In this document: positions 24,501 to 35,569 of the stretch, piece by piece
Layout of the letters: every line of letters begins with the position of its first letter
Position numbering within the stretch: position 1 is the stretch's first letter
Assembly (NCBI GenBank): GCA_003224755.1
Contig: QHZR01000017.1
Span: 1,887 to 65,886, forward strand
Length of the DNA stretch: 64,000 bases
Origin: Acidobacteriota bacterium
Lineage (GTDB): Bacteria; Acidobacteriota; Terriglobia; Terriglobales; Acidobacteriaceae
Reading direction: 5' to 3'
Made by a program: the position numbers and the translations under genes
Notes under the pieces: generated by a model
Told to the model about the DNA's origin: nothing
What the model saw: only the letters and a program-made list of their open reading frames with translations
The model's database searches: none

Positions 24501-24851
24501 TTGGAATTCTTTATGGGTACTGCAACTGAGACGGCACACAAACGAATTGATATCCGCCGCAACGACACGGTCAAAGTGTTGAGCGGTCGCGACAAGGGTA
24601 AGCAGGGACGCGTACTCCGCGTGTTTCCGGACACCGGGCGCGTGCTGGTTGAGCACGTAATGATGGTAAAGAAGCACTTGCGCCCGACGCAGAAATCGAA
24701 GGGCGGTATCGCCGAGCAGGAGAGCTCGGTTTCGATTTCGAAAGTGCAACTGGTGTGCTCCACCTGCGGGCCGGTGCGAATTGGCCACTCTGTGCAGGGA
24801 GACCGTAAGGTCCGGGTATGCAGGAAATGCGGAGCGACGCTGGACAAATAA
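24501..24851 (+). CDS. rplX: 50S ribosomal protein L24 with C-terminal Cys4 zinc-ribbon-like extension
   Basis: KOW domain IRRNDTVKVLSGRDKGKQGRVLRV, then ...CSTCGPVRIGHSVQGDRKVRVCRKCGATLDK. Confidence 0.85.
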   Translation: MEFFMGTATETAHKRIDIRRNDTVKVLSGRDKGKQGRVLRVFPDTGRVLVEHVMMVKKHLRPTQKSKGGIAEQESSVSISKVQLVCSTCGPVRIGHSVQGDRKVRVCRKCGATLDK

Positions 24852-24952
24852 TTGAGTAACTGGGAAATTGGGTAAGTTTGTAATTTGACCCTTAGTTGCA
24901 GTATTCAATTACCAAATTACCCGATTTCAAAATTACCAAATGGATTTTTTTA

Positions 24953-25582
24953 ATGGCTAGAGACAAAAAAGATAAAAAGGGCGGAGCGCAGCAGGAAGAG
25001 CAGCGTACGCCAGAAACAGCTCGGCACAGCGCGAAGGAAGCGCCTCGGCTCAAAGACCGCTTCCGCAAGGAAGTTGCGCCGGTGCTGATGAAAGAGTTTG
25101 AGCTCAAGAACCCGATGGCGGTGCCGCATCTGCACAAGATCGTCGTGAACATGGGTATGGGCGAAGCAACGCAGAATGCCAAAGTCCTTGATCCGGCGGT
25201 GAACGAGCTCGGCCAGATCACGGGACAGAAGCCGGTGATCACGCGCGCGAAGAAATCCATTGCGGCCTTCAAGGTCCGCGAAGGCATGCCGATTGGCGCC
25301 ATGGTCACTCTGCGTGGCGACCGCATGTACGAGTTTTTCGACCGGCTGGTAAATATTGTCCTGCCACGCGTGCGCGATTTTCGTGGGGTTTCGACCAAAG
25401 CATTCGATGGTCGCGGCAACTACACCATCGGCCTACACGATCAGCTGATTTTCCCCGAGATTGACTACGCGAGGGTGGACAAGCTGAAGGGCATGAACGT
25501 CACTATTGTGACCACTGCCCGCGACGACAATCAGGCACGGGCATTGTTGAAGCATTTGGGAATGCCGTTTAGGACGCAGTAA
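24953..25582 (+). CDS. rplE: 50S ribosomal protein L5 with Lys-rich N-terminal extension
   Basis: ATG at 24953; [11 protein letters not shown]... then the L5 core [13 protein letters not shown]. Confidence 0.85.
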   Translation: MARDKKDKKGGAQQEEQRTPETARHSAKEAPRLKDRFRKEVAPVLMKEFELKNPMAVPHLHKIVVNMGMGEATQNAKVLDPAVNELGQITGQKPVITRAKKSIAAFKVREGMPIGAMVTLRGDRMYEFFDRLVNIVLPRVRDFRGVSTKAFDGRGNYTIGLHDQLIFPEIDYARVDKLKGMNVTIVTTARDDNQARALLKHLGMPFRTQ

Positions 25583-25620
25583 GGCGTTCAAAAGTTTGGA
25601 CTAAGACGATAAAGGATTGC

Positions 25621-25869
25621 ATGACTACAGCAAAACGAGTTAAAGACACCGAGATCCAGGCAAAGTTCGACAAGGTGTATGAGGCTAACAAGGGTAAGGC
25701 GCAAGCTGACAAAGAGCCGCGTCCCAAGTTTTCCACGCGCAAGCACAACCGCTGCAAGATTTGCGGGCGTCCGCGCGCGTATCTGCGTAAGTTCGGTATT
25801 TGCCGGCTGTGTTTCCGTGGGCTGGCCTTGCGTGGCGAGATTCCTGGAGTTTCGAAGTCGTCCTGGTAA
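25621..25869 (+). CDS. rpsN: 30S ribosomal protein S14 (zinc-binding type Z) with N-terminal extension
   Basis: C-terminal [38 protein letters not shown]. Confidence 0.85.
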   Translation: MTTAKRVKDTEIQAKFDKVYEANKGKAQADKEPRPKFSTRKHNRCKICGRPRAYLRKFGICRLCFRGLALRGEIPGVSKSSW

Positions 25870-26019
25870 TGGATCTAAGTCCCCACCCTAAATTTCGCAA
25901 CAGACGCGAAATTTAGAATGGGGCACCCGAGTTGGTTTTTACCGAGTTGGAGTTACACGGGTCGTTGCTGGTTCTCCGCTGAGGCGGAGAGAACGGACGG
26001 CTGAGGAGAAGCAAAACGT

Positions 26020-26418
26020 ATGAAGTTGACCGATCCGGTCGCAGACATGCTCACGCGAATTCGCAACGCGATTCGTGCGCGGCACCAGAAGGTAGATGTT
26101 CCCGCTTCCAACTTGAAGACGGAGATTGCCCGCATTTTGAAAGAGGAAGGCTATATCTCGAACTTCAAGCCGACGGAAGAGGAAGGCCATAAGGTTATTC
26201 GCATCTATCTGAAATACGACAGCAACAACGAAGCGGCCATTTCAAATGTGGCGCGAGTGTCGCGTCCCGGCTGCCGCGTCTATGTGCGCCGGACAGAAAT
26301 TCCACGCGTGCTGGGTGGCTTGGGAATTAATATTCTGACCACGCCGCGCGGCGTTATGACCGGGCGGCAGGCGCGCAAGCAGGGACTTGGCGGCGAGCTG
26401 CTGTGTGAAGTTTGGTAA
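26020..26418 (+). CDS. rpsH: 30S ribosomal protein S8
   Basis: 132 aa; MLTRIRNA... Confidence 0.95.
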   Translation: MKLTDPVADMLTRIRNAIRARHQKVDVPASNLKTEIARILKEEGYISNFKPTEEEGHKVIRIYLKYDSNNEAAISNVARVSRPGCRVYVRRTEIPRVLGGLGINILTTPRGVMTGRQARKQGLGGELLCEVW

Positions 26419-26503
26419 GACAGCTTTGAGCAATGAGTTATGAGCGAGCAGGCTCGCGGCTCACCGCTCAAAGCCGATCAGCTAAAAGCTAAGAGCTTCT
26501 TTT

Positions 26504-27043
26504 ATGTCACGAATTGGAAAAAAGCCGATCGCATTGCCTAAGGGCGTGACGGTCAAAATTGAAGGCAACACGGTCGCGGTGCAGGGACCCAAGGGCAAGC
26601 TGGACACCGTGGTGCCGCGCGGAATCAAGGTCGAGCAACAGGACGGCCACCTCGTCGCGCTGCGCGAAAACGATTCGCAGGCGGCGCTGCACGGACTGAC
26701 CCGCGCACTTGTCAACAACGCGGTCGAAGGCGTCACCAAAGGGTGGACTCGAGAACTGGAAATCGTCGGCATCGGATATCGCGCCGAGATGAAGGGCAAG
26801 GGCATGGTCGTGTTTACACTTGGGTATTCGCATCCGATCGAGTACCCGCTGCCGACTGGGGTCGAAGCCGCCGTAGATCCGAAGCAGACAAAGCTTACGG
26901 TTTCGGGCATTGATCGGCAGAAGGTCGGGCAAGTTGCCGCCGAAATGCGCTCGCTGCGTCCGCCCGATCCATATAAGAACAAAGGTGTGCGCTACGCGGG
27001 CGAGCGCCTGAAGAAGAAAGTTGGAAAGACGGGAGCGAAATAG
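26504..27043 (+). CDS. rplF: 50S ribosomal protein L6
   Basis: 179 aa; MSRIGKKPI. Confidence 0.95.
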   Translation: MSRIGKKPIALPKGVTVKIEGNTVAVQGPKGKLDTVVPRGIKVEQQDGHLVALRENDSQAALHGLTRALVNNAVEGVTKGWTRELEIVGIGYRAEMKGKGMVVFTLGYSHPIEYPLPTGVEAAVDPKQTKLTVSGIDRQKVGQVAAEMRSLRPPDPYKNKGVRYAGERLKKKVGKTGAK

Positions 27044-27149
27044 GATTTGGCAATTGGGTAATTTTGAAATTTGGTAATTTGAAAACGCTGGCGTCGAGCG
27101 CCTTCAATTACCAAATTACTCAATCACCAAATTACAAAATGAGTTCACC

Positions 27150-27515
27150 ATGCTGACACTGACATCGAAAAACGTAACGCGCCGACGGGTGCATGAGCGC
27201 ATTCGCAAGAAGGTCATGGGCACATCTGAGCGGCCTCGGCTGAACGTGTACCGATCGCTGAACCACATTTACGTTCAGGTGATTGATGACTTGAAGGGTG
27301 TAACGCTGGTTTCAGCCAACAGTGCGGAAGGCAACAAAGAAACGCGCAGGGTGGGCGGAAATCTGGCGGCGGCCAAAAACGTCGGAAAAGTAATTGCTGA
27401 GCGCGCCAAGGCCAAAGGGATAGAAAAAGTCGTGTTCGACCGCGGTGGATACATTTATCACGGGCGCGTGAAGGCGCTTGCGGATTCGGCGCGAGAAGCG
27501 GGATTGAAGTTCTAG
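27150..27515 (+). CDS. rplR: 50S ribosomal protein L18
   Basis: 121 aa L18 family protein. Confidence 0.9.
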   Translation: MLTLTSKNVTRRRVHERIRKKVMGTSERPRLNVYRSLNHIYVQVIDDLKGVTLVSANSAEGNKETRRVGGNLAAAKNVGKVIAERAKAKGIEKVVFDRGGYIYHGRVKALADSAREAGLKF

Positions 27516-27637
27516 AAGAATTGGGTAATTGGGTAATTGGGTAATTTTGTAATTTGAGAGTCAGACGTTGAGGTCGCGGCGATTTCAAATTTCACAATTA
27601 CCCAATTTCACAATTACTCAATGATTGTGAGCAAATA

Positions 27638-28147
27638 ATGCCAACTGTCGTTAAGAAAATCGACGCGGGCTCCTACCAACTGAAAGACCAGGTAGTAGCG
27701 ATCAACCGCGTGACCAAAGTCGTCAAGGGCGGCAAGAACTTGTCGTTCGCAGCGCTGGTGGTGGTCGGAGATCCCTCGGCCGCAGTCGTAGGTTACGGGT
27801 CCGGCAAGGCGAAGGAAGTTCCGCAGGCCATTCGCAAGGGAATTGAATCGGCCAAAAAGAACCTGGTACGCGTGAATCTAACGCAGACCAGCATTCCGCA
27901 CGCGGTCCTGGGGCGCTTCGGTTCGGGTATGGTGCTGTTGAAGCCGGCGCCTGAAGGTACCGGCGTCATTGCCGGCGGCGCGGTGCGTGCAATCATGACT
28001 TCGGTCGGAATTCAAAACGTGCTGACGAAATCCATTGGCACTACTAACCCGCACAATGTGATCAAAGCGACATTCGACGCGCTCAAGAAACTCAAGAATA
28101 AAGAGTTCGTTGCCAGCATGCGCGGTAAGGCGGCGGAGGAACTGTGA
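27638..28147 (+). CDS. rpsE: 30S ribosomal protein S5
   Basis: 169 aa S5 family protein. Confidence 0.95.
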   Translation: MPTVVKKIDAGSYQLKDQVVAINRVTKVVKGGKNLSFAALVVVGDPSAAVVGYGSGKAKEVPQAIRKGIESAKKNLVRVNLTQTSIPHAVLGRFGSGMVLLKPAPEGTGVIAGGAVRAIMTSVGIQNVLTKSIGTTNPHNVIKATFDALKKLKNKEFVASMRGKAAEEL

Positions 28148-28347
28148 TGGCGGCGAACAAAAACGGTAATGGTAAGCTGCGGCTAAAGTGGGTGCGGTCG
28201 GCGATCTGCACGCCGGTGAAGCACAAGAGAGTTGTGCGTGGGCTTGGGTTCACTCGGTTGAATCAGGTAGTCGAGCGGCCCGATACGGCGGCAATCCGCG
28301 GCATGGTAGCCAAGGTGCCGCATTTGGTCCAAATTGTAGAGACGTAG
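28144..28347 (+). CDS. rpmD: 50S ribosomal protein L30
   Basis: 67 aa L30 family protein, overlapping the rpsE stop. Confidence 0.85.
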   Translation: MMAANKNGNGKLRLKWVRSAICTPVKHKRVVRGLGFTRLNQVVERPDTAAIRGMVAKVPHLVQIVET

Positions 28348-28385
28348 CTTTGCTACGTCTGAGACGTTGCAAGCAACGTCTCTAC
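28336..28385 (+). repeat. 50-nt double-hairpin element, copy 3 (abuts rplO RBS)
   Basis: gtagagacgtagctttgctacgtctgagacgttgcaagcaacgtctctac. Confidence 0.7.
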
Positions 28386-28394
28386 GAGAGCGAT

Positions 28395-28832
28395 ATGAAT
28401 TTATCCAACATTCGAGCACCTCGGAAGGCTTCCGGGAACAAGAAGCGTGTGGGCCGCGGCATGGGCTCTGGCATGGGCAAGACTTCAACCCGTGGCCACA
28501 AGGGCCAGCGGTCGCGCAGCGGATCGCGCATGATGCGCGGATTTGAAGGCGGCCAGATGCCGCTGCATCGCCGCATCCCGAAGCGCGGTTTCACCAACAT
28601 TTTCCGGACGGAATACAACATCGTGAACCTGGAAAAGCTGGCGGCACTAGGCGAAAGCACAATCAATCCCGACGTCCTGCGAAAGGCCGGCGTCATCAGC
28701 ACCAAGCGCCCGGTCAAAATTCTTGGCGATGGCGAACTGAAGTCCGCGATTACCGTACAGGCGCACAAGTTCTCGAAGTCCGCGCAGGAAAAGATCACTA
28801 AAGCCGGCGGCAAGTTTGAGGTCCTGCAGTAA
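28395..28832 (+). CDS. rplO: 50S ribosomal protein L15
   Basis: ATG at 28395; [22 protein letters not shown]. Confidence 0.9.
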   Translation: MNLSNIRAPRKASGNKKRVGRGMGSGMGKTSTRGHKGQRSRSGSRMMRGFEGGQMPLHRRIPKRGFTNIFRTEYNIVNLEKLAALGESTINPDVLRKAGVISTKRPVKILGDGELKSAITVQAHKFSKSAQEKITKAGGKFEVLQ

Positions 28833-30217
28833 TGTTTGACAAGTTCGCCAACATCTTTCGCATTCCCGACCTGCGCAAGCGCATTTTGTTTACCCTTGGC
28901 CTGCTGGCGGTGTATCGCATAGGCGGCCACATCCCGATTCCCGGGATCAACTCAGCTCTCTTTCAACAGTTCATTGAACAGAATCGCGGTACGCTGCTGG
29001 GCTTTGTGGACCTGTTTTCCGGCGGACAATTTCGCCGGATGACCATCTTCGCCCTCGGCATCATGCCGTACATCACTTCTTCGATCATTCTGCAGTTGCT
29101 GACCGTGCTCTATGAGCCCTTGGCAAGGCTTCAGAAAGAGGGCGAGCTTGGCCGCAAGAAGATCACGATGTACACCCGCTATCTGACACTGTTGCTCAGC
29201 ACGCTGCAATCGATGTTTATCGCAATAGGTTTGCAGAAGGCCGGCACCTTTGTCACGAGTCCTGGCCCGGGCTTTGTCTTGATGACGATCCTCACGCTGA
29301 CGACTGGAAGCGTGTTCATTATGTGGCTGGGCGAGCAGATCACGGAACGTGGCGTTGGCAACGGAATGTCGCTGCTGATCTTCGCCAATATCATTGTCGG
29401 TCTGCCTCGCGGCGTCGCCGACTTGGTTGACAAAGCCAGGAATGCAGCGTGGGGACCGCTGACGCCGGTGCTGATGGTTCTGCTCGTCGTCGTGATGGTC
29501 GCTGTGGTCGCATTCATAGTTTTCGTGGAGCGCAGCGAGCGACGCATCCCCGTGCAATATGCCAAGCGAATCATTGGTCGGAAAATGATGGGGGGCCAAT
29601 CCACGCACCTGCCTTTGCGGGTGAACTCGGGCGGTGTGATGCCGGTGATCTTTGCGTCATCTATTGTCACGATTCCGCAGACGGTGCTCTACGGACTGCG
29701 CGACAACCGCTATTTCGGATCGGTAATTGAGGCGCTCAGGTGGGGAGAACCCCTTTACACCGTGTTGTATGCGGTCGGAATCATCTTTTTCGCGTACTTC
29801 TATATCTCGATTGTGTTTAATCCCAACGAAGTTGCCGACAACATGCGAAAGTATGGCGGTTTCATTCCTGGGATTCGGCCCGGTAAGCGTACTGCCGATC
29901 ACATAAACGAGATTTTGACGCGGATGACACTGGTGGGGGCGCTGTACCTCATCATCATTTCGTTTATTCCCGAGTGGATGATGGTCGGAATTCATTTAAA
30001 CCATCTGTTCCGTCCGCTAGGGCCATTTTTCGAGAAGTTGCCGAACTGGATATTGAACGGACTGAACGTGAATTTCTACTTTGGCGGCACGTCGCTGCTG
30101 ATCGTGGTCGGAGTGGCGATGGACACAGTGAACCAGATCGAGTCGCAGCTCATTATGCGGCACTATGACGGATTTACTCCCAAGAGCGGGCGGATTCGCG
30201 GCCGCCGCAGCTGGTGA
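28832..30217 (+). CDS. secY: preprotein translocase subunit SecY
   Basis: 461 aa with 10 TM segments and canonical SecY motifs. Confidence 0.95.
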   Translation: MFDKFANIFRIPDLRKRILFTLGLLAVYRIGGHIPIPGINSALFQQFIEQNRGTLLGFVDLFSGGQFRRMTIFALGIMPYITSSIILQLLTVLYEPLARLQKEGELGRKKITMYTRYLTLLLSTLQSMFIAIGLQKAGTFVTSPGPGFVLMTILTLTTGSVFIMWLGEQITERGVGNGMSLLIFANIIVGLPRGVADLVDKARNAAWGPLTPVLMVLLVVVMVAVVAFIVFVERSERRIPVQYAKRIIGRKMMGGQSTHLPLRVNSGGVMPVIFASSIVTIPQTVLYGLRDNRYFGSVIEALRWGEPLYTVLYAVGIIFFAYFYISIVFNPNEVADNMRKYGGFIPGIRPGKRTADHINEILTRMTLVGALYLIIISFIPEWMMVGIHLNHLFRPLGPFFEKLPNWILNGLNVNFYFGGTSLLIVVGVAMDTVNQIESQLIMRHYDGFTPKSGRIRGRRSW

Positions 30218-30224
30218 TTCCGTT

Positions 30225-30390
30225 GCTAGTGGCTAGTTGTTAGTGGTAGTAGAGCGGGTTTCAAGAAATAGTTTTGGGAAGGGCACGGCTTCAGCCGTGC
30301 AGCTAAGCACCACCAAAAATCCGGGCTTTAGCCACCGGGGTTGCGCTTCCTAAAACGCGAACGAGTTTGAAACCACTTCTAACCACTAGC
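30225..30390 (+). repeat. ~166-nt intergenic element bounded by imperfect inverted repeats (gctagtgg.. / ..ccactagc) between secY and adk
   Basis: Left arm at 30225..30252, right arm at 30373..30390. Contains the GGGAAGGGCACGGCTTCAGCCGTGC hairpin, also present at ~3951. Confidence 0.45.
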
Positions 30391-30452
30391 CGGTGGGTCG
30401 GAGATTGGTGGTGTCAGTAATCTTGGAACGGGAGCGGGCTGGGGCCAGTTCG

Positions 30453-31172
30453 ATGGCGGAGCAGGTTTTGCGGAACATCGGACCGATTGTGCTCCTCGGG
30501 CCACCGGGCGCAGGGAAAGGCACCCAGTCGAAGAGGATCACAGAGCATTACCACATCCCGCAGGTTTCAACCGGGGACTTGCTTCGGGAGCACGTGAAGC
30601 AGGGAACGGCGCTGGGTGAGCAGGTGCAAGCCCTGATTGCAAGAGGCGAACTGGTTCCCGACCACTTGGTTTGCGATATCGTCGCCTGGCGATTGCGGGA
30701 ACCGGACGCACAACGAGGATTCGTGCTGGATGGATTTCCGCGGACACAGAAGCAAGCGGCCTGGCTGGACGCGTTTTTGAGGTTTGAATTCTTTGAAAGT
30801 GGGCAATGGGCGGCATGGCTGCCGATTGTGATACGGATTCAGGTGGATTATAATAAGTTGTTGCTCCGGATCACTGGACGACGGACTTGTCCCACCTGTG
30901 GACGGATCTACAACGTCCACTCTCAGCCACCGCGCGTTGATGAAATCTGCGATGTAGATGGTTCTAAACTGGTCATCCGCGATGATGATCGTGATGAGGT
31001 CATACGCGAGCGACTGGAAACGTATGAGCGCCAGACCACGCCGGTTGCTGAGTACTATAAGCGGCTGGGGCGAGTAGTAACAATTGATGGCGATCAGCCG
31101 GTGGATGTGGTGACGGCGTCTGTGTTGAAGGAAATTGACGGGCACGCGTGCGGCGCGGCCGAGGGAAGCTAG
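30453..31172 (+). CDS. adk: adenylate kinase (zinc-lid type)
   Basis: ATG at 30453; LLGPPGAGKGTQ P-loop; lid with CPTCG...CDVDGS. Confidence 0.9.
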   Translation: MAEQVLRNIGPIVLLGPPGAGKGTQSKRITEHYHIPQVSTGDLLREHVKQGTALGEQVQALIARGELVPDHLVCDIVAWRLREPDAQRGFVLDGFPRTQKQAAWLDAFLRFEFFESGQWAAWLPIVIRIQVDYNKLLLRITGRRTCPTCGRIYNVHSQPPRVDEICDVDGSKLVIRDDDRDEVIRERLETYERQTTPVAEYYKRLGRVVTIDGDQPVDVVTASVLKEIDGHACGAAEGS

Positions 31173-31175
31173 AAC

Positions 31176-31928
31176 GTGGCGATTGTCTGCAAGTCGCAGT
31201 CGGAAATCGAAAAGATGCGGCGCAGCGGCCACATTGTGCGCCAGGTCTTGGATGAGCTTCGAAAGATGGTTGCGCCGGGCGTGACCACGATGGACCTGGA
31301 AAAAGCCGCCGAGCAGAAGATCAAAGATGCGAGTGCGAAGCCGGCGTTTAAGGGTTATTACGATTATCCCTGCGTGCTGTGCACGTCGGTGAATGAAGAA
31401 ATCGTTCACGGGATTCCGTCGGCGAAGCGCGTATTGAAGGCTGGCGACATTGTTTCGATTGATTGTGGTGTAGTGCTCGATGGCTATTACGGAGACGCCG
31501 CTATAACGGTTGCAGTGGGCGAGACGGTTTCAACCGAACGGCAAAAGTTGCTGGAGGTCACCGAAAAATCGCTCTACAAAGCGATTGAGCAGGTGAAGAT
31601 CGGCAACAGCATCAGCGATATTGGCGCGGCGGTGCAGGAATACGTTGAAGCCAACGGCTTCAGCGTGGTGCGCGAGTTCGTCGGCCACGGTATTGGAACC
31701 AAACTGCACGAAGAGCCGCAAGTACCGAATTTTCGCTCGCGTGGCGCGGACACGCGGTTGCGGGAAGGCATGGTTCTGGCGATCGAGCCGATGGTGAATT
31801 CCGGGCGCCCGGAAGCGAAGGTTTTGGACGATAAGTGGACGGCGGTTACGGCGGATGGCAGTTCCAGTGCGCATTTCGAGCACTGCGTGGCAGTGACGAG
31901 AAACGGGCCTTTGATTTTGACGCAGTGA
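31176..31928 (+). CDS. map: type I methionine aminopeptidase
   Basis: 250 aa MAP family protein. Confidence 0.92.
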   Translation: MAIVCKSQSEIEKMRRSGHIVRQVLDELRKMVAPGVTTMDLEKAAEQKIKDASAKPAFKGYYDYPCVLCTSVNEEIVHGIPSAKRVLKAGDIVSIDCGVVLDGYYGDAAITVAVGETVSTERQKLLEVTEKSLYKAIEQVKIGNSISDIGAAVQEYVEANGFSVVREFVGHGIGTKLHEEPQVPNFRSRGADTRLREGMVLAIEPMVNSGRPEAKVLDDKWTAVTADGSSSAHFEHCVAVTRNGPLILTQ

Positions 31929-32014
31929 GAAGCGAGTTTCGAGCTCTGAGCGGTGAGGCAAACTGAGATTGCTCGAAGCCCGCCGCTCATTGCTCGCTGC
32001 TGACTTAGGAGCGA

Positions 32015-32233
32015 ATGAGCAAAGAAGACGCGATTGAAGTTATGGCAACGGTTGTAGAGCCGCTGCCCAATGCCATGTTCAAGGTGGAGCTGGAAAACAG
32101 GCACCAGGTACTGGCGCACGTTTCCGGTAAGATGCGCAAGAATTTCATTCGCATACTGCCCGGAGACAAAGTCGCAGTCGAGCTCTCGCCGTACGATTTG
32201 AATCGCGGACGAATTGTGTATCGCTACAAGTAA
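32015..32233 (+). CDS. infA: translation initiation factor IF-1
   Basis: 72 aa with S1-like fold; [31 protein letters not shown]. Confidence 0.92.
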   Translation: MSKEDAIEVMATVVEPLPNAMFKVELENRHQVLAHVSGKMRKNFIRILPGDKVAVELSPYDLNRGRIVYRYK

Positions 32234-32236
32234 CGG

Positions 32237-32286
32237 GTAGAAACGTAGCTTTGCTACGTCTGAGACGTTGCAAGCAACGTCTCTAC
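32237..32286 (+). repeat. 50-nt double-hairpin element, copy 4 (abuts rpmJ RBS)
   Basis: gtagaaacgtagctttgctacgtctgagacgttgcaagcaacgtctctac. Confidence 0.7.
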
Positions 32287-32301
32287 ACGGAGATTGGGTT
32301 T

Positions 32302-32415
32302 ATGAAGGTACGAGCATCGGTAAAGAAGATTTGTGATAAGTGCAAGGTCATCCATCGCAAAGGCGTGGTGCGGGTGATCTGCGTGAATTCGAAGCATAAG
32401 CAGAGACAAGGTTAG
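32302..32415 (+). CDS. rpmJ: 50S ribosomal protein L36
   Basis: Manual translation (below the ORF-track size cutoff): [37 protein letters not shown]. Confidence 0.9.
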   Translation: MKVRASVKKICDKCKVIHRKGVVRVICVNSKHKQRQG

Positions 32416-32512
32416 CTGTGAGCGTCGAGCACTGAGCACCGAGCAAACAGCGATTGCTCACGGCTTACCGCTCAAAGCTCACTGCTAAGATCAGCAGGAA
32501 GGATCAGAAAAC

Positions 32513-32899
32513 ATGGCACGCATTGCAGGCGTCGATCTTCCGCGTAACAAGCGGTCGTTTATCGCGCTCACTTACATCTATGGGATTGGGCAGCCCCGGG
32601 CCACGCGCATTCTTGACGAGGCCAAGGTGGATCCGATGAAAAAGATCCAAGACTTGGGCGAGGACGAGGTCAACCGCATCCGCCAAGTCATTGAAGGCGA
32701 AGGGCTTGTAGAAGGTGATCTGCGGAAGGAAGTCCAGATGAGCATTAAGCGGCTCATCGAAATCGGCTCCTACCGTGGATTCCGTCACCGGCGCAATCTG
32801 CCGGTCCGCGGACAGCGTACCCACACCAACGCTCGCACCCGCAAGGGTCCGCGTAAGGGAACAGTCGCGCAGAAGAAGAAGGCGACGGCAAAGACGTAA
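32513..32899 (+). CDS. rpsM: 30S ribosomal protein S13
   Basis: [14 protein letters not shown]... Confidence 0.95.
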   Translation: MARIAGVDLPRNKRSFIALTYIYGIGQPRATRILDEAKVDPMKKIQDLGEDEVNRIRQVIEGEGLVEGDLRKEVQMSIKRLIEIGSYRGFRHRRNLPVRGQRTHTNARTRKGPRKGTVAQKKKATAKT

Positions 32900-32980
32900 A
32901 AGCAGTGGCTAGTGGTCAGTGGTTAGTGGTCAGTTAACCAGTGCACCGAAACTAGCAACTGACCACTGGACACTGAACTT

Positions 32981-33412
32981 ATGGCAAAACCCGCAGCAGC
33001 AGCTGGCGCCGCGGCGCCGGAGAAAAAAGGCAAGAAGAAGACTTTCAAGAAGAAGGAACGCAAGCACGTCTCGTTTGGCGTGGTGCACATCCAGGCTTCT
33101 TTTAACAACACGATCGTGACCATCTCAGACCAGGCGGGGAACGTGCTCTCCTGGAAGAGCTCGGGCTCGCTCGGTTTTCGTGGATCGCGCAAAGGCACCC
33201 CGTTCGCCGCGCAGCAGGCCGCCAGCAATGCAGCGAACATGGCTCGCGACCACGGTGTGCGGACTGTCGAGGTACGGGTCAGCGGTCCGGGATCAGGACG
33301 CGAGTCGGCGATCCGGGCGCTTGCCGCCGCAGGCATTGAAGTCCGAAATATTAAGGATGTAACGCCGATTCCGCATAACGGTTGCCGTCCACCGAAGCGG
33401 AGAAGGGTGTGA
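32981..33412 (+). CDS. rpsK: 30S ribosomal protein S11 with Ala/Lys-rich N-terminal extension
   Basis: S11 core preceded by [28 protein letters not shown]. Confidence 0.9.
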   Translation: MAKPAAAAGAAAPEKKGKKKTFKKKERKHVSFGVVHIQASFNNTIVTISDQAGNVLSWKSSGSLGFRGSRKGTPFAAQQAASNAANMARDHGVRTVEVRVSGPGSGRESAIRALAAAGIEVRNIKDVTPIPHNGCRPPKRRRV

Positions 33413-33584
33413 TTTAAAAACAAGCTCTTAGCCATTAGCTAAGGCAAAACGGTTTAGGCTAAGAGCTAAAGGCTAAGAGCTAAAGGCTAAAAGGTAAGAA
33501 CCAAAACTAAACCGAAGCCGCCCAGGACGAAGGGTTCAGCCAAACCCGTAAACTGGACGCGAAGTGAACTAAGGAGAAGAAAAC

Positions 33585-34214
33585 TTGGCGCGTTACAAAG
33601 ATGCAGTGTGTCGTTTATGCCGCCGCGAGGGCATGAAGTTGTTCCTCAAGGGGCCAAAGTGTTTCACCGATAAATGTGCGATTGAGAAGCGCAACTTTGC
33701 TCCCGGCCAGCATGGCAAGGACCGCAAAGCTAAGATCGTAGGCTACGGTCTGCAATTGCGCGAGAAGCAGAAGGCCAAGCGTATTTACTTCACGCAGGAA
33801 GGCCAGTTCCGCAACTACTTCGAGAAGGCAGCACGGTCGAAGGGTGTGACCGGCGAGTTGCTGTTGCAGCAGCTTGAGCGCCGCTTGGATACAGTGGTTT
33901 ATCGCATCGGACTCGGCGTGTCCCGTCGTCAGGCGCGCCAGCTAGTTCGCCACGGCCACGTCAACGTGAACGGACGCAAGGTGAATATCCCGTCGTTCCA
34001 AGTCAGCGTTGGCGACGAGATCGTGATTCGCGAGGCCAGCCGCAAGTTGGCGATTCTCGAGCAGGCAAAGGAATTCGCCGCGCACGGCAGCCCGCCCACT
34101 TGGCTCGAAATTGATCGCGACAATTACAAAGGGCGTGTCCTGGCTTTACCCAAGCGCGAAGATATTCAGCTGCCGGTCAACGAGCAGTTGATTGTCGAAC
34201 TCTATAGTAAGTAA
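33585..34214 (+). CDS. rpsD: 30S ribosomal protein S4
   Basis: TTG start after AAGGAG; [22 protein letters not shown]. Confidence 0.92.
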   Translation: MARYKDAVCRLCRREGMKLFLKGPKCFTDKCAIEKRNFAPGQHGKDRKAKIVGYGLQLREKQKAKRIYFTQEGQFRNYFEKAARSKGVTGELLLQQLERRLDTVVYRIGLGVSRRQARQLVRHGHVNVNGRKVNIPSFQVSVGDEIVIREASRKLAILEQAKEFAAHGSPPTWLEIDRDNYKGRVLALPKREDIQLPVNEQLIVELYSK

Positions 34215-34402
34215 GGCGTCGTGCATCGTTGGTCGCTCGCAAGATCACTGTTTGCACGATGTGGTTTTAGCGAACGACGTACGGCCAACGACCAACGACG
34301 ATTTCGGTCCTTTTTTCGTGCCAGATCAGCCTTTGCTGACATTGACCTGAGTCGGACCACTCAGCGAGTCAGCTTTGAGCCACATGGCCGAAGGAGAAAT
34401 AA

Positions 34403-35437
34403 ATGCTTTGGAAGGGTTTTCAAAAACCAAAACGCCTCGCAGTTGACACTTCAACTCTCACCGACAAGTACGGAATTTTCTGGGCACAGCCGTTTGAGCG
34501 CGGCTTCGGCACCACCATCGGCAATGCGCTTCGCCGCGTTCTGCTGAGTTCGATCGAAGGCGCGGCAGTTACTGCCGTGAAGATCGAAGGTGTATTGCAC
34601 GAATTCCAATCTATCCCTGGCGTTGTCGAAGATGCGACCGATATCATCCTGAACCTGAAGCAGGTTCCGTTCAAGTTGAGCGGAGATGCGCCGAAGGCGA
34701 TCTATCTGCGTTCCGATCAACCAGGCGTTGTCACCTCGGGCATGATCGAAGCGGACGCCGATGTCGAAGTCCTCGACAAAGACGTTTACATCGCAACCGT
34801 GAGCGAAGGCGGCAAGCTCGACATGGAAATGCGCCTTAAGCGCGGCCGCGGCTACGTCTCTGCCGACAAGAACTTCGACGAAGACCTCGGAATCGGATTT
34901 ATTCCGATTGACTCCGTCCATTCGCCGGTGCGCAAGTGCAATTACACGGTTGAAGCCGCGCGTCTCGGTCAGATTACCGACTATGACAAACTGACGCTGG
35001 AAGTCTGGACCAACGGATCCATCACTCCGGCTGACTCGATCGGTCTTGCGGCAAAGTTGTTGAAGGACCACATGAATATCTTCATCAATTTCGAGGAAGA
35101 TATCGAGACCGGGACAAGCTCCGAGGAGCGCAAGCCGGAGATCAAGAACGAGAACCTGAACCGCTCGGTCGAAGAGCTTGAACTTTCGGTGCGCAGCTAC
35201 AACTGCCTGAAGAACGCCAATATTCAATCGATTGGCGAACTGGTGCAGAAGACCGAAGCTGAGATGCTGAAGACGAAGAACATCGGCCGGAAGTCGCTGA
35301 ACGAGATCAAGGAAATTCTCGGCACCATGGGCTTGAGCTTGGGGATGAAGATTGATGAGCACGGGAATGCAGTCCCCGGCCCGACTTCGAACCAGGTGCT
35401 GCCGGCGTCGGCGTACGGCCCGGACGATAACTACTAG
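34403..35437 (+). CDS. rpoA: DNA-directed RNA polymerase subunit alpha
   Basis: 344 aa with N-terminal domain and alpha-CTD. Confidence 0.95.
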   Translation: MLWKGFQKPKRLAVDTSTLTDKYGIFWAQPFERGFGTTIGNALRRVLLSSIEGAAVTAVKIEGVLHEFQSIPGVVEDATDIILNLKQVPFKLSGDAPKAIYLRSDQPGVVTSGMIEADADVEVLDKDVYIATVSEGGKLDMEMRLKRGRGYVSADKNFDEDLGIGFIPIDSVHSPVRKCNYTVEAARLGQITDYDKLTLEVWTNGSITPADSIGLAAKLLKDHMNIFINFEEDIETGTSSEERKPEIKNENLNRSVEELELSVRSYNCLKNANIQSIGELVQKTEAEMLKTKNIGRKSLNEIKEILGTMGLSLGMKIDEHGNAVPGPTSNQVLPASAYGPDDNY

Positions 35438-35569
35438 ATTGTGGAGGCACGGGCGTCTCGCCCGTGCGTGCCTTCACAACTGCTACTGAGGTTTCGAAGT
35501 TTCGCAGGTTTCAAGGTTTCGCGAATTCCTTGGAACTTTGAAACCTTGAAACCCGAAACTGGGGTTCAC

